The notes below the pieces were generated by a model, which saw only the letters and a program-made list of their open reading frames with translations, was not told where the DNA came from and did not search any database. DNA of 64,000 bases from the human T2T-CHM13v2.0 reference genome, Homo sapiens: assembly GCF_009914755.1 (NCBI RefSeq), contig NC_060931.1; one strand, 5' to 3'. Positions 54,341 to 64,000 of this stretch are shown piece after piece. Each line of letters starts with the position of its first letter. Position 1 is the stretch's first letter. The translations under genes and the position numbers were made by a program.

Positions 54341-55461
54341 TGTAACCCTGAGTTGGGGCTGTGGCGAGCTATGATTGGCCTAACCAGGACTTCCTTGGGT
54401 TCACATACGCCTTGCTCCTGGGAGGAGTGAGGTGAATTCTTATCTGCTGTGGGATAGAGGAGGGGCACCAGAGCCTGTGTTTTTACACCAAGGACTGCGT
54501 GGGGCCCTACAGACCTGCCTTTCCCTGCCCAACCTCCTTCTCTGACCAAGACAAAACTGCAGGTTCACTGTGGCAGGTGATTACAACGGACAGAGGGTTT
54601 GTTCCCATACTCCATCTACCAGTGGTGACACTTCCTTTCCCTTCAGCTCACCTGCTCCCCCAGCTCTTTGAAGAAATCTCAGTAATTCACTGAGATCAGA
54701 GTCTATCACACAAACATCCGAAATTGTAGCACACCGGGGAGCCTGCCAGGAAGGCCTATAATCAGATAACACATTCCAGCCCGGAGACCTTTCCAGAGGA
54801 AGGGTTAAGCTCCCAAGGTAGTTAGTGGAAATCAAAGAACTGCATGCTCTCATTATCTCATAACAAACATACCAGGTTAATAGCTGTCGCTGCCGCTCTA
54901 AACCACGTGTGTTGTGTTTTGTGAGTGCTGACATGGGGCGTTCTTTCTCCCACCATATCTGCAACTTGACAGTGTCATCGTGGTTGGGTGCTGGAGTCTC
55001 CTAAAGTGTTTTGCATACTGTCTCCTGCACGTTGCCTCGAAGGATTTTTAAATAATTGCTGTGTTTAATGGGAACTCCTTCCCCTCTCTAATCCCCTCCA
55101 GTAGAAAAGCTGGCCAGTGTGCCAGTGTGCCCGGGGGGCATTTATTTATAGCAGGAACGAAAGTGGAGCGTCCCAAAAGACTGTCTGCTTGTCCTGAGCT
55201 GGCAAGGAGCAAGGTTGGATGCCCAGCTGTCCTGGACCACCCCTTCCCATGGCTCCTCCAGCCTCCTCTCTCCTGCTTGCACCCTGGAGCTTCCTTCCAA
55301 GCAGGATGGGGGTGGGGGTGACAGAGACAGCCCCAGAAGGCAGGGACTGACTGTGGGGGACCCACAAGGCTTGTCAGGCCCCTCCCTTCCCATCAACCCC
55401 TGAGTGATGCCAGGGCCCCTGGGCAGGTGCTGCCAGGGCTTAGGACACAAGGACCTGTGTC

Positions 55462-55515
55462 CTGTGTGAATTTTGTGAATTCTGTGTGAATTTTGTGAAT
55501 TCTGTGTGAATTTTG
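55462..55515. repeat. 20-bp tandem repeat, 2.7 copies (CTGTGTGAATTTTGTGAATT)
   Basis: Directly visible, perfect copies. Confidence 0.95.
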
Positions 55516-56024
55516 GCTGTCCATCTCAGGACCACTTTGTTCTTGGATAGGACAACGTGGTTGTGAGGACAGGTGTGAGCAAGGCAGCCAGTAGACCTGG
55601 AGGCAGGGGCTAGGCAGCCCCCTCGACAGAACCCCATGAAATTCTTGCACGTGGAGATTTATTTGCACTTGCCCTGAAATCCCACAAAACAGCGATGACA
55701 AAGATGGTAGCACCTCTGTCCATGAGAGAAGGCTGGAGCGTCAGGCTCCTGGGTGTCAACCAGGTCTGGCCAGTGCCTGTCATGCTTGGTCTGGGTGGCT
55801 CTGGGCCTGCCTGATGTCCTCCTGCTGACTGGTCTTGGCTGGCTCCAGGACTGGGACCCTCCTGGGGGTGGCAGAAGCCCCTGAGCCTGAGGCCTAGAGG
55901 GCACACCTCTGACAGCAAGGCAGCAGGAGCCTGTGCTGAGGTCAGACCTGGGTGGGAAATGCAGCTCCCATTTTTACCAGCTGTGTGACCTTGAACTACC
56001 TTCCAAATCTCTCCTTGCTCTTCT

Positions 56025-57301
<1,277 letters not shown>

Positions 57302-59189
57302 GACACAGGTGGGTAGTGCTAAGGAGATGATAATACAAACCCCAGGGTGGTTGTGGAATGATGTGAGATCACAGGACGCACTTAGCATGCTGCTGGGCAC
57401 TAGAGACAGGCTCTGGAACTGACAGCGTCTATTCCCCAGGGACCAGGGGCCCTTTTCGCAACCTGCTGAATATTAGCTTGACCTTGGAGCTGCACTACTT
57501 CCATTTTATTTCATGATATTTTATTTTGCTGACTGGGAGTGAGAGAAGGGCAGGGAACTCAGAGACCCTGCAAGTAAATGTATGTAAAATTTGAAACGCA
57601 ATTTAGCATGTGGAGCCGAGAGCCCCGAAACGCGAAAAGCACTCCGCCCCACACCCATCCCCATCCCCATCCCCACACACAGGGGTTGCCATTCTGGGTA
57701 GGAACCTGGCTGTGGCTGCCAGCCAAAGCTCATGAGAGAGGCGCGGAACAGGACCAGGTAGGTGGCTCTGATCACAGGCAGCAAAGCAGTTACAGATTCC
57801 TTTGCAAATAAGCCACCCTGTCGTCTTTTGCTGTCTCCTTTCTGGTATCTCTTCCCTCCCCGACCTCATCCACCTCCCCTTCCTAACAGATCCAACTTGC
57901 AAAGATTCCTGGCTTCTATGCGCCTCTTGCAGCAATACTAATTAAATGTTTCAAATGCTTCTTATCCATGGTTAAGTGAAGATAAAATTTTAATGATTTA
58001 ATTAGCAAGCTCTAGGAAAAAAAATTCATAATGAAGAAAGGCGTTTGCAACTGTCCTAGGCTTTACACATTTCTGCGTAATGCTGCACTGGAGTTGGAGG
58101 AGGCTGGGCCTGCAGTGTGCTTTGCCACACTGCCTGGAAACAGAGACACCCCCAACTTGCTCCCCAGAGAGGGAGGGTGTCTCTAGCCAGACTGGCTCTC
58201 ATCTTTTGAGGGGGAAATGGCACCCTGGAAACGAGGGACCCATTAACTCAGAAATGAAGTGGAAATGCTTGAAAACGGATGCTGTTTTCCAAAGTAGACT
58301 CTCGAAATTGGTCCATTTTTCACACGTCCTCATGACTTTTTTTCATTTTCCTTTTAGTGTGTGGCTCTCTTCGTTTCAACATGGGTAACTGATTTACTTC
58401 CAGCCACGTGAATGTTCAGAGTTTACTAAGAGAAAACTCTCATGGCTTCAGGGAGGATGGGATTTAAATGGAAAAATTAATTGCCTTGTTTGAAGACTTT
58501 TGGTGTTTGGAGCCTCGGGAGGCTCCCACCATTCAAAGTGGTTTTTTGTTTGTTTGTTTGTTTGTTTTTGTTTTTAATGCAAAGTGGTTGACATTGAGTG
58601 ACCCCATGTGGAACGATCCTTCTCCGAGAGGCGCTAGCCTTCCCTGAGCACCTTGACTTCCACCATCGGGATCCTCTATGCACCCTGTTCTGTTCACTGC
58701 CAAGTGGCCTCCTGTGCAGATCCACAAGTTCCCTAAATGGCCTTGGAAGACGCAGGGTGTGCCATGTTGGTTCAGCAGAAAATATCATGTCCCGAGAAGC
58801 CAGTGGACGGCATCACCCTGGCCAAGCTCTGGCACAGGGAGCTGCAATGTGTGTGCCAAGCTGCTTGGAGAACTGGCTCTGGAAGCAGAGCCCCTGGTGC
58901 CCAGACTGGAATGCGGGACCAGAAACACGTACTTTTCGTCCTCTGGGGCGCGGATGACGCTGGCACGCACTGGGGCTCCTGCTCCACCTGCCCTGAGGTG
59001 AGACCCCATGTCCATGTGCCACACACCATGCAGGCAGCAACGAGTGTTTACCCTATTTCCCCTGCATGTGGGACAGGACTTTCTAAACAGGTTGCTAATA
59101 AGTAGTTGAATAAATGTGCAGCAGATGCCATCAGTGCTCGCCCCTCGAGCTACCTCTTTGTCCCCTCTGTCCTGACTATTTGTACTCAC

Positions 59190-59715
59190 CACGACTTTCC
59201 TTTGCTGTGTTCTGACGCTTTGATGTCTTGGGTCTTGCTGACCCTGGAGGGACTGCGCCTCCCAGGGCTAGCGGATCCCCAGAGATAGTAAATGACTCAC
59301 TTGTGAGTATAGCTTTCATCTGCAAACCAACCAACCCATCTCTGACCACTTCCTCTGTAGGGCTCTTACACTCTGGTCACCCATCCAACCTGCCCTGACC
59401 ACCCCAGGGCCAGGTACTGGATAACAAGGGGCAGCTCCTGTGCCCCGGAGCCCGCTGAAATGATCCAAACAGCCAACCTGAAGCCTGCTCGCCCTGCCTC
59501 ACCTGTGCTTTCCCTCGGAAACCACCACAAAGGCTCTCACACGCTTCCTCCCGCCCCTCTGTCTCCGGACTGACCCCGGGGCTGCTTTGTGTGGCCCCGT
59601 GTGACACGTCCTGGAATCTGTGAGTATAAAAAGCCTTTTATCATGACCATCATTTCTGTGTCTGTGTGTCTTACCATACCTGAATTAAGACAAATCCTAA
59701 GAAGCCTTAAAACAC
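59190..59715 (+). mobile_element. ERV1 LTR of the MER39/MER34 group; 5' boundary uncertain
   Basis: CTTGCTGACCCTGGAG.GACTGC.CCTCCCAGGGCTAG; CACCCCAGGGCCAGGTAC; GGAAACCAC..AAAGGCTCT. Confidence 0.65.
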
Positions 59716-59716
59716 C

Positions 59717-60018
59717 GGCCAGGCATGGTGGCTCACACCTGTAGTCCCAGTGCTTTGGGAGGCCAAGGTGGGGCGGACTGCTTGAGGCCAGGAGTTCAAG
59801 ACCAGCCTAGGCAACATAGTGAGACCCTGTTTCTATAAAACGTTTAAAAATTAGCTGGGCATGGTGGCACGCTCCTGTTCTAGGTACTCAGGAGGCTGAG
59901 GTGGGAGGATTGCCTGAGCCCAGGAGGTGGAAGCTGCAGTGAGCCGAGATTGCACACCACTGCACTCCAGCCTGGGTGACAGAGTAAGACCTTTTGTCAA
60001 AACAAAACAACAAAAAAC
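59717..60018 (+). mobile_element. AluJ
   Basis: Dimeric Alu. Confidence 0.92.
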
Positions 60019-60231
60019 CATCATCGTAGTGCACTGCCCTGACTTCCAGCTGCCTGGGGGCCCTCTCTGGCCCCTAGGGTCCAAAAGAGCCTGAGAATGG
60101 ATGGCCTTCTGCATTCAGTAACACTGAGCCAATGACTGACATATATAAATATATGTATGTGCAATATAACTGATATATACATATATATATATATATAATA
60201 TAAATATAACATGTATCAAAATACAATGTAA

Positions 60232-60648
<417 letters not shown>

Positions 60649-60769
60649 TCACTAATTCCGAACCCAGCAGGATGAAGCCCAGGTGCCATGGTGGCGGTCG
60701 GCTCGGTAACACACTCTCTATTAGAGGCTCCTCCCCTCCCGCCTCACTTCTCTACTCTCCTATCTATGC

Positions 60770-61390
60770 TTCCCTGGGCCACCTCCCAAATAAACCACCT
60801 GCATTGGCATCAACATCGCAGGATCTGCTCCTGGGAAATTTCAAAATCAGGCAGAATGAAAGAATGAGAATACATCATTCCCAGACACGTATCTCCTCAT
60901 CCCCCATGGAAGGAAGCGTGCCACCTGCCTGGCCGGAGCAGCCCAGAGGCTCTCCAGCGTCCTCTTGTATCATGTATTTTGGTTCCCAAATCTGAAATTC
61001 GGTCAATCAGATTCTCTCTTTCTTTGGAATTCAAACAAAGAAACAAGGACTTGATTTGACACTTGGTGGTGAGACCAAAACCATGGAGAGAGGCTGAGTC
61101 ATGTCCGTGGTGGTGCTGTTACCAAGACCCCTTCTCAGATCAGACTGTGTGGAGGCCGGCCCTGAGAGCTGTGTTGGGTGTGCTTAAGAGCTACAGATAT
61201 CCAACCCTGTGATCCATCTGCTCCTTTTGACTCTCAGCCCACGAGGCTGATCTGCACGGACAGTATCAATGGCCTACCCTGGTTTTGGCTTCCCACTGGG
61301 CTCACCCAATGGGGATGCCCAGAAGCAATTCAGAGGGACAGAAGGAGCAAGGCCAGGGTGTTGATGTCCAGCTCTTTCCTCATGGGGTCG
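60770..61390 (+). mobile_element. Degenerate ERVL/MaLR LTR relics (LTR16/LTR33-like)
   Basis: ACCTCCCAAATAAACCACCTGCA; GAGGCTGATCTGCACGGAC..TGGCTTCC..CCAATGGG. Confidence 0.45.
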
Positions 61391-61400
61391 CCTTGGGCCT

Positions 61401-61502
61401 ACCAACCATGGGCCCCACCAACCATGGGCCCCACCAACCACGGGCTCCACCAACCACGGGCTCCACCAACCACGGGCTCACCAACCATGGGGCCTGCCAA
61501 CC
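61401..61502. repeat. 16-bp minisatellite, about 6 copies (ACCAACCAYGGGCYCC)
   Basis: Directly visible. Confidence 0.93.
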
Positions 61503-61770
61503 CTAGATCAAAAATATTTAAAAGAAGAAAATACAACAATAAAAATAATACAAATTGCTAAAACAATGCAGTAAAACAACTATTTACAAAGCATTCACAT
61601 TGTATCCGGTATTATAAGTAACCTAGAGATGCTTTAAAGTATACAGGAAGATGTTTGTGGGTTACAAGTATATAATATGCCCTTTCATATCAGGAATTTG
61701 AGCATCTGCAGATTTTGGTATCTGTGGGGGATGCTGAAACCAATCTGCCATGGGTACCGAGAAAGGACTC
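61495..61770 (+). mobile_element. Tigger3-like TcMar DNA transposon
   Basis: AACTATTTACA.AGCATT.ACATTGTAT..TAAGTAACCTAGAGATG..TTGAGCATC..GATTTTGGTATC. Confidence 0.85.
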
Positions 61771-62700
61771 TAATCTCTTTCTTCAGCCCTTCTTGGACTA
61801 TCTTAATCCAAATTTACCATCTTTCCTGATAGATCCTGGTGGGGACCTTTTGCTTGGGCAAGCCTGTGTGGGTCTCTGTTTCTTGCAATCAAAGGCATGG
61901 CTTTGGGGCTCAACAGATGAGTGTCATCCCCAGAGAGCCCACATTCCAAGACAGCATGAGAACGGGGGATCCTCTCCAGGGGGTCTTGGCTCTTTTATGT
62001 CTGCTTTAACTCCTCAAAGAACCCCATTCCTTTTTTCCAGAGAGGAGGACTCAAGGATAAGATATTTCTGCCAAAAACCCTTTTTCTGTCATTAATATGT
62101 TAACAAATGCTGTCAAGTAACAGTCGCGGTCGACCGAATTTGCTGTTGGCAGAGGCTGCGCGCTGCCACACAAGGCTGTGTCTATTCCACACAAGCCCGG
62201 CTCCCTCCACCAGGAGATCTTGGCATTGGAGGTCACCAGGGCCCACAGTGGGACCTACCTACCCTGTCAACAGTGACAATGTCTCATGTATGAATAATGC
62301 CTTCACGGAGCATTTCTAAATTCCTTCCTTCAAGGGTGGCAGCAGAGATTACAGGAGCAGCGCAGTGGGAGGTAGGCACTAGCCCATGCCCGGAGGCAGG
62401 GAGAAGTGGGGAGAGGAGGGAGCAAGAGTGGATATGAACGCCAAGCACAGGGGAGAGGGGATGAGGGCAGGACAAGCCAGATCCAGATGCAAGAGATAAC
62501 GTGGACTGAAGAAAAATTCAAAGGAGATGAAAACGTCATACAAAGGAAATAGGTATTGAAAAATCAATGGTGGTGCTCAAGGGTCTTAAGAATCAATATT
62601 AGAATCACATGCAGAGAAACAATGGGTGGAGGTGTTGTGGGAGGTGCAGATGAGCCAGACATGTCGACCAGGGAAGACTGAACCATCCACAGGAATAGGG

Positions 62701-63445
62701 TGTATTGGTTAGCCACCTCTATAAAACTGCTGCGTAACAAACGACCCCAAAACTCAGTGGCTTAAAACAATAGTTATATAGGCCGGGTGTGGTGGCTCAC
62801 GCCTGTAATCCCAGCACTTTGGGAGGCCGAGGCGGGCGGATCACGAGGTCAGGAGATCAAGACCATCCTGGCTAACATGGTGAAACCCTGTCACTACTAA
62901 AAATACAAAGAATTAGCCGGGCATGGTTGTGGGCACCTGTAGTCCCAGCTACTCTGGATGGAGGCTGAGGCAGGAGAATGGTGTGAACCCGGGAGACAGA
63001 GCTTGCAGTGAGCTGAGATCGCACCACTGCACTGCAGCCTGGGTGACAGAGCGAGACTCTGTCTCAAAAAAAAAAAAAAAAACACCAGTAGTTATTTACT
63101 CTCATTGGTCAGAGGGCCAGCAGAGGCTTGGATGTGCGAACCTGGGCTTGGCCAGAGAGGCTCTGATCCACGCATCTCTTGTCTTCCTCCTGAGACCGTG
63201 GGCTGGCCAGGCATGCTCTGCTCATGATGATGGCAGAAGGATCAGAGAACAAGTACAAAGGCGTGGGTGCTCTTGAAGCCTAGGTGCACCATCACACCCA
63301 CTTCATTCCACTGGGCAAAGTAAGTCCCATGGGTAAACACAAAGCCAGGGTATGGAGAAACAGATCCCATTCCTTTCATGGAAGAACTGCAAAGTCAACA
63401 GCAAAGGGCATGGATACGGGGAGGGCAGAGATGCAGTCTGTAACG
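62701..63445 (-). mobile_element. MLT1H/I-like LTR interrupted by AluY
   Basis: GCTGCGTAACAAAC.ACCCCAAAACTCAGTGGCTTAAAACAA; GCAAAGGGCATGGATAC. Confidence 0.75.
62781..63082 (+). mobile_element. AluY
   Basis: GATCACGAGGTCAGGAGATC.AGACCATCCTGGCTAAC; GAATGG.GTGAACCCGGG; GAGCTTGCAG. Confidence 0.93.
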
Positions 63446-63818
63446 GTGGGCCAAGGGGAGAGAGGCAGGCAGGAAGATGACAGCTGGGGGCTCATTTGCA
63501 AGCGTGGATTTGCCTGGTTAGCTCTGGTTCTCTGCTCCCTTCTTTCTGGCTCTTTCTTTTTCTGGTTACTGGGCTATAAATTCGCAGAGCAGGACTTGAT
63601 GACATCCTCCTTATGGCCAGTCTTGGCACCCCAATGGGCAGCTGTTCAGGCAGTCCACAGATATTTACTGTGGACCTTCTTGGTGCTAGGTTCTGTGGAA
63701 CAGGAGGACAATTCCTCATTCCTTTATTGGTTCAATTATTTAGTATTCCCTAAGTGTGTGGATGACCAAAGGAAGGAAAGATGGGGTCCTAAGTTTTAAA
63801 TTCTTTTAAACACTCTCA

Positions 63819-64000
63819 GGGCCGGGATCGGTGGCTCTTGCCTATAATCCCGGCCCTTTGGGAGGCCAAGGCAGGTGAATGACTTGAGTTCAGGAGTTGG
63901 TGATCAGCCTGGCCAAGATGGTGAAGCCCCATCTCCACTAAAACTACAAAAATTAGCCGGGGGTGGTGGTGCGAGCCTGTAATCCCAGATACTTGGGAGG
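63819..64000 (+). mobile_element. AluS, cut by window end
   Basis: Left arm, linker and start of right arm. Confidence 0.9.

Noticed and set aside
55462-55515. Short direct repeats here and at 61401-61502 as CRISPR-like arrays
   Set aside because: Head-to-tail repeats without unique spacers, in primate DNA with no cas genes

Overview
Hominoid (most likely human) non-coding DNA, either intergenic or deep-intronic. It is dominated by transposable elements: about 45 Alu copies or fragments (J, S and Y), one full-length but inactivated L1PA3 (11701-17854), several old L1M fragments, MaLR/ERVL/ERV1 solo LTRs (THE1, MST, MLT1, MLT2A, MER41A), hAT/Tigger DNA-transposon relics, MIR/L2 and simple repeats. 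No host protein-coding exon, structural RNA gene or processed pseudogene is supported. Apart from the L1 ORFs, the ORF track is Alu, LTR or low-complexity noise. I did not find a convincing undescribed biological system. The items most worth checking are: (i) a cluster of inverted and tandem duplications in one old L1M copy, including a ~57-bp-arm hairpin; (ii) the L1PA3 retaining the ZNF93-bound 5'UTR segment, with an extended ORF0 and a possible short 3' transduction; (iii) a perfect 60-bp tandem duplication; (iv) a small A-tailed insert with H/ACA-like geometry; (v) TE-free, motif-dense blocks resembling developmental enhancers. Subfamily calls and boundaries of old elements were made by eye from recalled consensus sequences and are approximate. 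The chromosomal locus was not identified.
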